A DNA stretch of 63,463 nucleotides, the filler included, from Craspedostauros australis (taxonomy: Eukaryota): the NCBI GenBank assembly GCA_030167865.1. It is 9 parts of 9 records of this genome, joined end to end, with 100 filler letters (N's around TTAATTAATTAA, not from the genome) between each part and the next. Parts side by side here need not be neighbours in the genome. Positions count along the whole stretch, not along the records: positions 26,865 to 47,444 come from JALAGF010006234.1; positions 47,545 to 52,752 come from JALAGF010006235.1; positions 52,853 to 56,668 come from JALAGF010006236.1; 6 more parts are not named here. The stretch is one strand, 5' to 3'. Shown here one piece after another: positions 41,369-53,274 of the stretch. Both the position numbers and the translations under genes were made by a program. The notes under the pieces were generated by a model. It made no database searches. It was not told the origin of the DNA and saw nothing but the letters and a program-made list of their open reading frames with translations. The stretch's first letter is position 1, and each line of letters begins with the position of its first letter.

Positions 41369-44300
41369 ATGATTCCATTTTCGACCATCAGCGGTCGTCT
41401 CATCCTCCTTCTATCCCTCGCCTGCCTTGTGCTTGCGAGTGGAGACACGGGAAATGGACCCACCGACACCACCATGATTCGCACGCGCAAGTTGGTACGT
41501 TCAATCGAAAATCATGAAGCGTTTGAAGAATCCACTTTCTCGCGTTGAGCTGGTTGCCTTGTGCCACTCACCTTCGCGTTGATGCTGCCTGGTTGCCTTC
41601 CACGAACCTGCACATGTCACCCACCTACCCTTCGAGCAAGCTCTTCTAACAAACAGCAATCGATCTATTCATCAATCGACCGACGATTTCTCGTGTTCCT
41701 CTCCTGCAAATCACCATCTTCCCAAACTTCAAAATCCCCATTCCACCTTGTCCAAACGACCAAAGTTCGATGACACCAATACGACCTGCAACCCAGATGA
41801 TGCCAACCTCTTCTTCGTGGGCTTCGCAGCTGCCGTCTCGGCACGCCAAGGAGTGATCGAGATGGAATGGTATCCTCCCCAGTTCCTCAATGCTTCCGAG
41901 ACTTTTGAGGCCGATACTTGCCAAGATATCGTTTACGAACTGTTCATCGCGCAAGACGGCGTCAACTTCACCAACGTCACACTCGAAGATCTTCGTGACG
42001 ACTTCTTCGTGGAGACCATCGAGATTACCGATCTCAACTTCACCCTTACCAACCTTACCAACGGAGCATTGTTGAACCTACTCATCGTCGCCAAGGTCAG
42101 CGATGACTGGGTGTCGTCCAACCGTGAGCCCGTCGCCCTGATTGTCTCCTCGGCAGATCCCGTCATTCACCCAAACATCACTGTCGTTTCCATGGAACAA
42201 GACACTGATCTGGTCCAGCGTGAGGGAAATGCTTCAATGACATTCCCAGAAAGCCAAAGCGCAGACCTCGTTGTGGGAAATTGGATTACGGGCTTGGACA
42301 GTTCTGGCGAGCCTTACATTGTCCAACTCCTCTCAATCGAAGGTACTGGTAACCAGGGAAACAGCGGTACAATGTCTTGGGTGGTGAAGCACGGAAGCAT
42401 CGTGGACATCTTCGAACGTCTCAGCGTTTCAGCGGCTTTCGACATCGAGGACGAATCAGACGGCGTGCGTGGATCACCCGGAGCGGGTCGCCTGTTAGGG
42501 TCTGACATTGACCTCCGGAGCACCGTTCGCGTGCCTTTTACAGCTGAGGATGAAGTGACTTTTGGACGAGTAACAGTTGGTCAATCGATTGAATTGCAAT
42601 TCGTGCTGAAATTCTCATTGGAGATCAACTTTTCCTTTTTCCGCAGCCGCAGGGTCTTCGATGTCTCAACTGAACTCACGGCAACACTAACTTCAACGGC
42701 GTCTTGCAAAATAGGATCAAATGCCAAGGGACGTGTGAGCAAGGAAAGATTGTTGGTGAAAGGAAAGAAAATGCGTTTCAGGTTTGCGGTTGGGTGGGTT
42801 CCTGTGTTCGTCAGTGTGACTCCTGAGGCCTATCTCTTTGCTGACGGCAGCTATGACCTCGAAGCTGCCTTTGAGGTAACTGCAACAACACAAGCTACTT
42901 TGGGCTGGTACGTCGCCTACTCGCTGGACACAGGGTGGACTAAACGACCAATCACCAAGAGACCAACTACTGACCTAGACGACCACCTCGGGGGCAAGGC
43001 TTCGGTGGACTTGTTCGGGGGAGTGCAAATGAAAGCTGAAGTGGTTGTTTATGGAACACTCTATGTCATCCCTTCCGTCAAGGCTGGCCCATACTTCGCT
43101 GTCGAGGTTGTTTCGAACCCACCTCCAGTACTCGCACAGCTCAACCCCGACCGACTATTCCATTTCAGCAAATTTGATGCTGGCATCAAATTCATTGTTG
43201 GAGCCGAAGCCAAAATTGTGGTGGACCTCAAAATCTTCACATTTTCCAAGAGCACCAGCTTCGAAGTCCCTGTGATCTTCCCTTTTTTGGAACTTCCACA
43301 GGCAAAGTTGGCCATCACCAATCACGAACAGTGCGAGGGAGATGATGCGATCCGTCTCACTGTGGATTTGACCGAGGAACCGTATGATGCGGTAATCTCA
43401 AACGGCCTCGATGGTCAATACGACAGCATCTTATCGCCGATAGATCCGTGGGTGGTCGACGACCAGCAGCCGCCCAACCAGCCAACGGCGACGTTGGTGC
43501 TGAAACGATCAGTGCTTGCGGAAGCGGATATCGATTCCTTTGAGCTCCCCAAGGACGAAGTGCTCTATTTTCTGGGCGGGGCAGAAATACCGAAGCTTTC
43601 AATCTATACACTCCTCTTCGAGCAAGCTCTCGATAGCATTGAAGGACTGCCAGACATCGATAGTTTTGAATGCTGCGACGAGACGGACTGCGAGGTACTT
43701 TATCCGCCCACGGGCGGATATCCGTACGCCGACCCTGTGGTTTACATGTGTGACAACGACAACATGTGCGTCCCAGAAACCAGTGAGCCAACCAGCGGAC
43801 CAACGTCTGGGCCAACGTCTGGGCCAACGTCTGGACCAACATCGGGACCAACATCGGGACCTACCAGTGCACCAACTTCGTGGCCAACCACCGGACCTAC
43901 AAGCGGACCTACAAGCGGACCAACCAGCGGGCCAACCAGCGGGCCAACCAGCGGGCCAACCAGCGGGCCAACCACCGAGCCAACTTCGTGGCCAACTTCG
44001 TGGCCAACCACCGGACCAACCAGTGGACCCACATCTGGACCAACGTCTGGACCAACCAGCGGACCAACATCTGGACCAACGTCCGGACCAACCAGCGGGC
44101 CTACAAGCGGACCAACATCTGGACCGACCAGCGGACCTACGAGCGGACCGACGTCTGGACCGACCANNNNCGGACCAACATCTGGACCAACCAGCGGACC
44201 AACATCTGGACCAACCAGCGGGCCTACAAGTGGACCTACAAGCGGACCAACATCTGGACCAACCAGCGGACCTACGAGCGGACCTACGAGCGGACCAACC

Positions 44301-46139
44301 TCTGGACCCACAAGCGGGCCTACGAGCGGACCTACGAGCGGACCAACCTCTGGACCCACAAGCGGGCCTACGAGCGGACCAACCTCTGGACCAACATCCG
44401 GACCAACTAGCGGCCCGACATCTGGGCCAACATCTGGACCAACATCCGGACCTACCAGCGGACCAACCTCTGGTCCAACGTCGGGACCAACCTCTGGTCC
44501 AACCAGCGGGCCTACGAGTGGACCTACATCTGGACCGACGAGTGGACCAACCAGCGGACCAACCTCTGGACCAACATCCGGACCTACGAACGGACCGACG
44601 TCTGGACCAACAAGTGGACCGACGAACGGACCAACGTCCGGACCAACCAGCGGGCCAACCAACGGGCCTACGAGTGGACCTACATCTGGACCGACGTCTG
44701 GACCAACCAGCGGGCCTACGAGCGGACCAACAAGTGGACCAACGTCCGAGCCTACGAGCGGACCTACAAGTGGACCTACAAGTGGACCTACAAGCGGACC
44801 TACAAGCGGACCCACATCTGGACCTACAAGCGGACCAACCAATGGACCAACAAGTGGACCAACTTCGGGACCTACTTCCGGCCCGACGTCTGGACCAACA
44901 TCTGGACCTACCAGCGGACCAACATCCGGACCAACTAGCGGCCCGACATCTGGACCAACAAGTGGACCTACTTCCGGCCCGACGTCTGGACCAACATCTG
45001 GACCAACCAGCGGGCCTACGAGCGGGCCAACCAACGGGCCTACGAGTGGACCTACAAGTGGACCAACATCTGGACCTACAAGCGGACCTACATCTGGACC
45101 AACCAGCGGACCAACTTCGGGGCCTACTTCCGGCCCGACGTCTGGACCAACATCCGGGCCAACTAGCGGCCCGACATCTGGACCAACAAGTGGACCTACT
45201 TCGGGACCTACTTCCGGCCCGACGTCTGGACCAACATCTGGACCTACCAGTGGACCAACATCTGGACCAACCAGCGGGCCTACGAGCGGACCAACTAGTG
45301 GCCCAACGCCCGGACCAACGAACGGACCTACAGGCGGACCAACGTCTGGGCCAACCAGCGGACCTACTAGCGGGCCAACATCTGGACCAACGAACGGACC
45401 TACAGGCGGACCAACGTCTGGGCCAACCAGCGGACCTACTAGCGGGCCAACATCTGGACCAACATCTGGACCAACGAACGGACCGACATCTGGACCAACA
45501 TCTGGACCAAGCAGCAGCCCCACTGTCGTCCCAACACCGGCGCCAACCGGCTCACCAACCGCTTCGGTCATACCCACACCAGCATCAACGGAATCAGAAC
45601 CAACCACCGAACCAACAGAACTCTCCAGACATGACATCAACGACCTTGTGATGATTGTCGAGTATAGGTGGCCTGCGGAGCAGATCGAGCTGCACACGAG
45701 CACCCATTTTTTGGAGCACGTCGTTGGTGTTTCTTGTGCGGCGATTCCGTACATGTCATCCTTCCACAACAACGCAAGAAGTGGTGGGTTGGAGACGGTG
45801 AGAGTTCGTTTGGGGGACGCCTTTGCGAACGGCGAATGGGAAAACAGCACACGTGTGGAGATGAATGCAGATTTTATTCCACCGTTCGTCGGCTCGACAC
45901 TACCCTTACTGAATATCTCCCTCGAAAGTATGCAGTTTGGGCGCGAAGAAGAAAACTCGACCACTTGTTTGGATACGTTTGTGATGAAGCCCGGAAATCA
46001 TTCAGGATGCGCATCCACCCTGATCGCAGCAGCGAATGTGACTGTGGCCGATGATAACAGCACCACAATCGAGATCATTCCAACTACCGAACGCACCCTC
46101 TCTCTTCGCAAACCCGTCAAGGAACCGCCGCAAGAATGA
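41369..46139 (+). CDS. Secreted mucin-like protein, paralog B, with (PTSG)n tract and C-terminal globular domain; exons 41369-41494 and 41766-46139
   Basis: Signal-peptide exon (MIPFSTISGRLILLLSLACLVLASG). Phase-0 intron GTACGT...AAG placed so that exon 2 aligns with paralog A (FDDTNTTC vs SDYPLKSC). Shared DDWVSSNRE, FPESQS, WITGxDxxGEPYIV, LFHF(S/T)KFD and ECC..DC. The acceptor choice is inferred. Confidence 0.85.
43788..45510 (+). repeat. Coding 12-bp tandem repeat encoding roughly 140 PTSG units (variants PTNG, PTSW, PTGG)
   Basis: About 1.72 kb of CCN ACN (TCN/AGY) GGN units with heavy synonymous variation. Confidence 0.95.
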
Positions 46140-46630
46140 GCTGGCGAGAGACATTGAGGCCACGATCAATTGAGGTTCTCCGCTATGCTTCGGCGCAAAG
46201 CAATAGAGACCAGTAGTACTAATGCAATTAGCAGGATCTCAACTCATCCGATCTACCCCTGTACGCAGGCACATAGTAGTCGTACGTAATACTACAAGAC
46301 AGCATTCGGGCCATCAATCAAAGCTCCAAGAACGCAAGGCAGACCACTTGGGCAAATCGATCGATCAAATAACAGTGGCAGACATCGGAATTTTGTATTT
46401 TACCTTTGGCTAAGCTTGTTACAATCTCCCAAAGAAACAACAAGGATCCAACACAAAAGACACGCCAACGAAGAAACGATCTCTCTGGCCACACCTCACA
46501 TGATTGTATCCTTTTCCAAAGTCTGCGCCAACATCTTTGGACACACACATGAGATCACCGCACGATTGCACGTCTGAGCACACGGCAAGCGCATCGCACG
46601 AGTTGAAGATTTCTACAGATTCGGAAACAG

Positions 46631-47208
46631 ATGGCATCTGAACAATCAAAAGCTGGCGAGGTATCTGCGGCGCCATCCGAAGGAGGGCCCAGCACACAGG
46701 AAGAGAAGTTGACGCAATGGTAAGAATTCACGCGTTGGTTGCTACAAGTGCAATGTAAATATTGTGCGTGTGGACCACTGCATTGCGCTATGTAAACGAT
46801 GCAGGATCCTACATTGCCGCCTGCAACGCTCCTCTAGTCACAATCCTGATCTCGCAGCACTCTCGTCTTCTTTTGAGCCGTACAAAACTGCCATTGTTCC
46901 ATGCCAACGCCTTACCTGACATATGATACCGTTTGTTTTCGCACACACAATTGCAATACCATGCTCATCCCCCCACCGCACGGCACAACACGATACAACA
47001 CGCCGACGACAGTCTCCTGGGGCAATATAGATTCTGCGTCGGCGCAGTGGGCTTGGGAACCGCGTACTCTCTGCGATACAAGAAGGGTCTGATTCCAATG
47101 ATTGCGGCCGGTGCCGTTGGGACGACAGCCGACATGGCGTACGGGTATTTCATCGAGTGCGCGGAATTCCGATCCGCGGCATCAGGCAGCGATCAGTCGA
47201 AAGAATGA
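46631..47208 (+). CDS. Small (~108 aa) predicted membrane protein; exons 46631-46719, 46838-46879, 47013-47208
   Basis: Two phase-2 GT-AG introns give a continuous frame MASEQSK...LTQC HNPDLAALSSSFEP LLGQYRFCVGAVGLGTAYSLRYKKGLIPMIAAGAVGTTADMAYGYFIECAEFR, with two Gly-rich hydrophobic segments. Confidence 0.6.
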
Positions 47209-47444
47209 ATGGAGGGCAGTGCACTTTGATCCAATCAACTGACCCAACGTGAATCTGAAATGGCGGTGGGCGGTGGATGGTGTTTGGTTGGGAGGAGGGA
47301 AAGATTGGGCGGAATGAGACTGAGGAGACCGCCATGTCCTTCGTCATCATCCGCAACAGAATCAATTTCAAACTGTTTCGTTCAGACAGATTGGCAGAAC
47401 ACCCGTCGATACTCAACACTCAAGCGACTATTGCCGTCCCTGAA

Positions 47445-47544
47445 NNNNNNNNNNNNNNNNNNNNNNNNNNNNNNNNNNNNNNNNNNNNTTAATTAATTAA
47501 NNNNNNNNNNNNNNNNNNNNNNNNNNNNNNNNNNNNNNNNNNNN
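47445..47544. other. Artificial scaffold linker
   Basis: TTAATTAATTAA at 47489-47500. Confidence 0.97.
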
Positions 47545-47964
47545 GAACTCGCTGAAGGTCTGTGGGATGGAGTTGTTGATGAGACCTTTGATGATGTATA
47601 CGGCGTCGTCAGAATCTTGGTACCATTTGCGGAAACCGGATTTGTTGAAGATGGGATGTGTTTTATGCCGAGTTGGCTTGTTATTGTTGTTGCGAGGTGT
47701 CATTGTTGTTGTGTTGTGAGACCATCTCTCACACCACAAACCAAGCATGAGAAAGCAGCGTATGAACGGGAAGAATCGCAACAAGTCAAGCAACTTGCAG
47801 AATTTGCTGCAACATCATCGCAAATTTGCCGTTGTCNNNNNNNNNNNNNNNNNNNNNNNNNNNNNNNNNNNNNNNNNNNNNNNNNNNNNNNNNNNNNNNN
47901 NNNNNNNNNNNNNNNNNNNNNNNNNNNNNNNNNNNNNNNNNNNNNNNNNNNNNNNNGGAAGCAT

Positions 47965-48118
47965 TGTTGCAAGGGAATTCCCAGTGTCGTAGGGGAAATT
48001 GTCTAGATTGCAGGGGAAAGATTGGGGGTCGTAGGGGAAATTATGAGAATGCAAGGGAAATTACAGCATCGTAAGGGGAAATTTTGGAGTTGTAGGGGAA
48101 ATTCTGTAACCACTCGTG
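47965..48118. repeat. Array of seven A(A/G)GGGAAATT-like motifs at 20-21 bp spacing ending in CCACTCGTG; probable DNA-transposon subterminal repeats and CAC-type terminus
   Basis: Motifs at 47971, 47991, 48012, 48033, 48053, 48073 and 48094, with mostly alternating TGC/TCGT prefixes. The reverse strand begins CACGAGTGG. Confidence 0.65.
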
Positions 48119-48446
48119 TCTCAACTAAGGAGGTATGACTGGAAGAGAATGAGACAGGTCACGGACGGACAAGTACTGATCTAGCCTCCTCTTGACATGC
48201 CCTGAAACCAGATTGAATGACACATCTGGATTCTGACACCAAGACGGATCCTGACGTGTTGCAGCGGTGAGGATTGCAAGCAGAGAGAAAGGATGCAAAC
48301 AACAGAAACATCGCATCACTCTCACAACAGCAGCATCCATCACATCGAGCATCAAGCAAGCGCGCGGTTTCGTGGTTGATCATCGAAAACCCGTCCTTCC
48401 TTGCTGTGAAAATTTTCCTTTCCGCCCGCCCATCTCTCTTCCCGCC

Positions 48447-51178
48447 ATGACGGTCTTCGACTTTGGGTCCGTTCGCTCTGCCTCTCGCTCGTCTCCTTCG
48501 GGTGGTGGCGGTGGCTCTGCGGCCCCAGCTGGTGCCCCTTTGGGCGCTCCTGCTGGTGGGTTGTTTCCGCCTTCTGCGGTGGCGTCTGTTACTGGGGGGT
48601 TGGTGATGGCGATGCGGTGGTGTCGTTGTTGTGGGTTGAATCTGTGGGGTCCATCTGTGGTGGTATCATTGGGGGCTCAGAGGAGAAGGGCGCTGTGCGC
48701 TTCTGCACTCGCTCTCTCTGTCCAACGAAGAGCCATGTNGGGAACAAGGCTCCCCTGCGCGATGGGAGCTTCTACGTCCGCACCATCAAGGCCGACCAGG
48801 CACGATTGGCGCCTTCCATCGACGCGTCATGGTTGCCTGTGTCCATGACCAAGGAGGATCTGCTGGCTGAGCTCAAGGCTCCAGCAGTGTGGCGTGCCTT
48901 TCTTCGCGACCTCGCCACCTCTCGCCTCCGTGTTGAGGCTGGTGAGGATGTACCGATCATCTCCGTTGACGATTTCGCGGCTGTTGAGGACTTGGCATCC
49001 CCTCGCCGCCTCGCTCTCCGCATCAGCCCACGCGCAGACAAGGTCTCCTCCATCAAGCTGCAAGAGCTGGACATCGTGGCACCTCTGCCAGACGAGTACC
49101 GAGTCTCAGACGACACTGACCCTGCCATCGCTGGCGCCGTCGTTCTGATTGAGAACTGGGAACAGGTCCGCTCCAACTTCGTGCAGCTGGAGAAGATTGT
49201 TGCTGGCATCGAGAAAGGACAGGGCGCCGTTCGCAACGCGGTTGCGGATGACATCAGCGCTGTCATGGCCAGCCTACAGCGTCTGCACACTCAAGATCAG
49301 CTCCTCAGCGCTCGCATGGGCGAGGGAGCCAGTGCTGACGAGACGCTCAGTGAGCAAATCCTCGGCATCCGATCTGCGGTGGAGATGACCCACCAGAAGG
49401 TGCTCGACTTTGAGCGCTCTGGTGCGGCCAGATTCGCGCGTGAGTGGGCCACCCAGCTTCCCACTCTGCGCTCATCGCTTGACAAGCTCTTCACTCATTA
49501 CAGCAACTCAGTCAATGCCATTGTTGGTTGCCTGGATTCCCTGGAGTCCAAGCCATCCTTTTTGCCAGAGCGGTCCTCTCCTTCTCGCGGAGTCTCCTTT
49601 TCTCCCGTCGCTTCCGCTGCATCCATCGCAACCATGGTGGATGATGCCGTCGAGCGCCGCTTCCGCACATTCGAGTGCGACATGGAGGCCAGGTTTTCTG
49701 CTTCCCGCTCGGCCCCAGGCATCTCCGCACCCAGCGGTGTTGGAACTGACCTTGCCGAGCGGCTGAACGAAGCAGAGCGTCGCGTGGAGCAAGCCCTTCG
49801 ACTCCAATCCGACCATGCCTTCTCGACCGACAGCGACACCTTCGCATCGCTTGAGGACGTTTGCGCCTGGATGGACTCCAACAATGTCAAGTCAGTGGGA
49901 TTGTTCTGGGATATGTTCTCCTTGCTCGTGTCCATGAACTCCAAGGCCAACAAGAGCGGCAAGGATCGCGCCGATGAGGGCTACTCTGCCAGTCGCATTG
50001 CCGCCACTGTTGCTGAGATTGACCTTGCCGCGTCCATGGGCCACATCCGTCCCGTCGCTCTCTTTGCAAAGAACGGTCGTGGAGAGCTCTCGCCACCTGA
50101 AGAAGGCCTGGCCGCTGCTCCCAGCTGGAACAAATGGGCCAATGGCATGTCATCCTACCGTGGCATCGTCTCCNNNNNNNNNNNNNNNNNNNNNNNNNNN
50201 NNNNNNNNNNNNNNNNNNNNNNNCGCCGTCGTTCTGATTGAGAACTGGGAACAGGTCCGCTCCAACTTCGCGCAGCTGGAGAAGATTGTTGCTGGCATCG
50301 AGAAAGGCCAGGGCGCCGTTCGCAACGCAGTTGCGGATGACATCAGCGCCGTCATGGCCAGCCTGCAGCGTCTGCACACTCAAGATCAGCTCCTCAGCGC
50401 TCGCATGGGCGAGGGAGCCAGTGCTGATGAGACACTCAGTGAGCAAATCCTTGGCATCCGATCTGCAGTGGAGATGACCCACCAGAAAGTGCTCGACTTT
50501 GAGCGCTCTGGTGCGGCCAGATTCGCGCGTGAGTGGGCCACCCAGCTTCCCACTCTGCGCTCATCGCTCGACGAGCTCTTCACTCATTACAGCAACTCGG
50601 TCAATGCCATCGTTGGTCGCCTGGATTCCCTGGAGTCCAAGCCATCCTTTTTGCCGGGGCGGTCCTCTCCTTCTCGTGGAGTCTCCTTTTCTCCCATCGC
50701 TTCTGCCGCATCCATCGCAACCAATGCAGACCTTCTACCATGACCTCGTGTCGGCATCCAACTTTCAGGCCGCCTCGGCTTGGAACTTGGTCGGCCGATG
50801 CGTCTGCTCCGTCTTTGACGAGCTACATCTGGTCCGATCTGACTCCAGTTTGGTCGCTGGCGAGATGGCGAGCCTCGACAACAAGGCCAAGGTCCTGTAG
50901 TCCGTTCTCCGCTGTCATCGCATCATGGACTCGCTCCTGGAGGTCGAATTCCATGGGCATCCTGCCCTTGCTCGGGCGCTGTCCATGTATCAGCTCTCTG
51001 AGCGTGTCGACAGGTCCGAGATGGAGAAGCTGCGCGATGAGCTCAAGCTTGTCAAGTCGCTGGCACAGGATGCCATGGACGAGGCTGAGCGCAGCGGCAA
51101 GAAGGCTGCTGAGGCCAAGCGGGCTGGTGCCAACGCGAAGAACGAGCTCAACCAACAGAAGAAGAAGGGCAGTGACTG
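48447..51178 (+). pseudogene. ORF1 (gag-like; N-terminal Cys/His motif, coiled coils) of a probable tyrosine-recombinase (DIRS/Ngaro-like) retroelement, disrupted
   Basis: ICGGIIGG...RFCTRSLCPTKSH motif and long helical/coiled-coil region ending KKKGSD*. Frameshift near 48600, duplicated overlap 49134-49633/50224-50722 around a gap, deletion junction at ~50722, in-frame TAG at 50898-50900. RT and recombinase are not in the window, so the class is inferred. Confidence 0.5.
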
Positions 51179-51194
51179 AGACACAGCTCCTGGG

Positions 51195-52752
51195 TTGGCT
51201 GTTGCGGTGGATGGTGTGGATTCCAGACCATCCTTGCACGGCATGACTCAGGGCACAGTTGGGCGTAGGTTGCGGCGGGCTGATTGCTGTGCGGGCGTCG
51301 TTGCTTTGCGATGCCCGGCTTGGGTGTTCGATCTTGACTCGCTGGGGCTGTCTGTCGGCTTTATCGCCGGTTGGTCTGGCTCTGACGAGGATGGNGCGAT
51401 CATCCGGCAGCTGCTTCCATTGGTGGTGCTGCAACCAGCAGCACCATCTGTGGCGCAGCTCAACAGCGTTAATCTGCTACTAGCCAAGCATTCCATCACC
51501 AAATCCCTCTTCTCTGCTGTTGATGCCAGTTCTCTCATTGTGGTTGCTTCATCGCATCGCTCTCGCTGGCTTCCACCTGGTTGGTCGGCGAGGTCTTGGC
51601 GCGTGGAGCACTCACAGGTCGGTGGCGTCACCGATGCCGTAGGCTCTCCGACTGTCTTCTGGCGATGCTCTTCGCCTCCACACGGCCCCCTACAGATTCA
51701 TTCGGTTCCTCGCACTCTGCACTCGGTGCTGGACGACAAGCAATCGTCTCAGCACTGGCATCCTCCTCCACCCAACCTCAATGTTGGACCTCTTCGCGTC
51801 GTCCGCGTGGACGCCGTGAAGGTGTATGGTAAACCTGTGCTGCATCCTGGTGGTCTCATCCCGATCGGCTGCCTTCGGTCGGAGTTTGTGCTGGCGCCTT
51901 CCGTGTTCGGTCGTGGCAGGTGGTGTGCTTGCCAACTTCGGTCGTTCGAGCGTCTTCGTGCGCTCGACTTCCCTGATACGGTTGCTCTCACCCTTCCTTC
52001 TGCTTCTGCTTCTGCGCTCCCNNGCAANTTGTTCTTCTCTGTTTTGTCCCAACTTTGCACATTCAACNAGGGGGGTACTTTTCTTTTCGATTCTTCTTCC
52101 TTTGCGACTGGCTGCCGTCCTGTCAGTTCGCCTCCATCTTCCGCCGGTCGCGGCTTGAGTCCGTCTGCAGTGGTATTCATTCCTGGATCCGCTGCAATGA
52201 CATCTTCCGCTCACCGTGCTACTATCAACTCTACGTCTCTACCATCGCCATCTAGCGACTCCAAGCCAACCACTTCATCGCTCCACACAGTCAACTCTGT
52301 CTCTCCTCCTGCCTCGTCATCTGCCAACGACAACTCGTCTTGTACTCCTGATTCCACAGAATCATCAGCAGCCAGTCACCCTCCCATCAAGACATGGGTG
52401 GCTCCATCAGAACTTCAGCGCAGCGTGCTGGAGGAGGCAGAATGGAACCGGCGCGCTCAGAAGGCTACCAAGTCCGACGACGCATCCATTCCCACTCACC
52501 TCTGGATGGATCAGCTGGTCAAGGGTTCTGCAAATCAATGGGATACGGCGGATATGCAGAACCTGGAAGCCGGATGCAACGGCCTGAGGAGATGGATGTT
52601 GGGATGGTGGAGTCGGCGCGTCACCACCTCCTTCTGGAGATGGTACTGTCAGCATTACCTCTCCCCGTGTCGTGTCACCACCAAGGTTGTTGCTGTTTCA
52701 ACTGATGGCATCTACCGATGGAACCGGAAAGGCAGGGCAAGGTATGCAGCAT
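51195..52752 (+). CDS. ORF2 N-terminus of the same element: degenerate C5-methyltransferase-like segment, Ser-rich linker, then KATKSDDASIPTHLW block; truncated by scaffold end
   Basis: Follows ORF1 within 20 bp. Motifs HSQVGGVT and APSVFGRGRW..QLRSFERLRALDFPD. The KxxKxDDAxxPxHLW block is one I recall preceding RT in diatom elements of this type. Confidence 0.5.
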
Positions 52753-52852
52753 NNNNNNNNNNNNNNNNNNNNNNNNNNNNNNNNNNNNNNNNNNNNTTAA
52801 TTAATTAANNNNNNNNNNNNNNNNNNNNNNNNNNNNNNNNNNNNNNNNNNNN
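52753..52852. other. Artificial scaffold linker
   Basis: TTAATTAATTAA at 52797-52808. Confidence 0.97.
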
Positions 52853-53274
52853 CTTCCTTGCTCTCATTGCTTGGTGCAATCCTCTTGCACCTCCATGCAC
52901 ATTTCTCTCATGTTGCTCGTTGATGTTGACTTGATCCTCAACGTTGTCGTTTCTCTCTCGTTGTCTCGTCGTTGTTCCGTTCTCAGGTTTTGTTGAACCT
53001 GATGATTGATCGAATCTGATGGAATATTCACAACATATTTCATTCCTGTAGACCTGGTAGTTAAGGTCTCGATGTGACGTCACGTGTGATGGATACTGCG
53101 GTATCCGCTGGTATCGCGGTATCCTGTCATCGTAGTATCGCAGTATCCTCGTGGTATCGCGGTGGTATTGCTGTGACGTCATAGTTTTGTGTCGTGATTC
53201 CGCCACCGAATAGTCTAGACAGCGGCAAGCAAGTGTGACTGATGCATACACATCCGAGTACACACATTCCGACA
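52853..53274 (-). repeat. Putative 3' LTR of a Copia element (begins TGTCGGAA at 53274), with internal GGTATC-type short repeats at ~53090-53170
   Basis: Minus strand GGG|TGTCGGAAT mirrors the PPT/LTR junction GGAAGGG|TGTCAGGAAT of the Copia at 61195. It pairs as an imperfect inverted repeat with TTCCAACA at 54754. Confidence 0.55.

Noticed and set aside
43516..45964. Long alternative ORFs over the repeat (740-aa antisense GPDV/GPLV; 711-aa DQP/DLQ frame)
   Set aside because: Shadows of the stop-free 12-bp repeat. Variation is synonymous only in the PTSG frame, which is continuous with flanking domains and a signal peptide.
47965..48105. Short repeats with variable linkers resembling a mini-CRISPR
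   Set aside because: Repeats and spacers of ~10 bp are far too short. Better explained as transposon subterminal binding sites.
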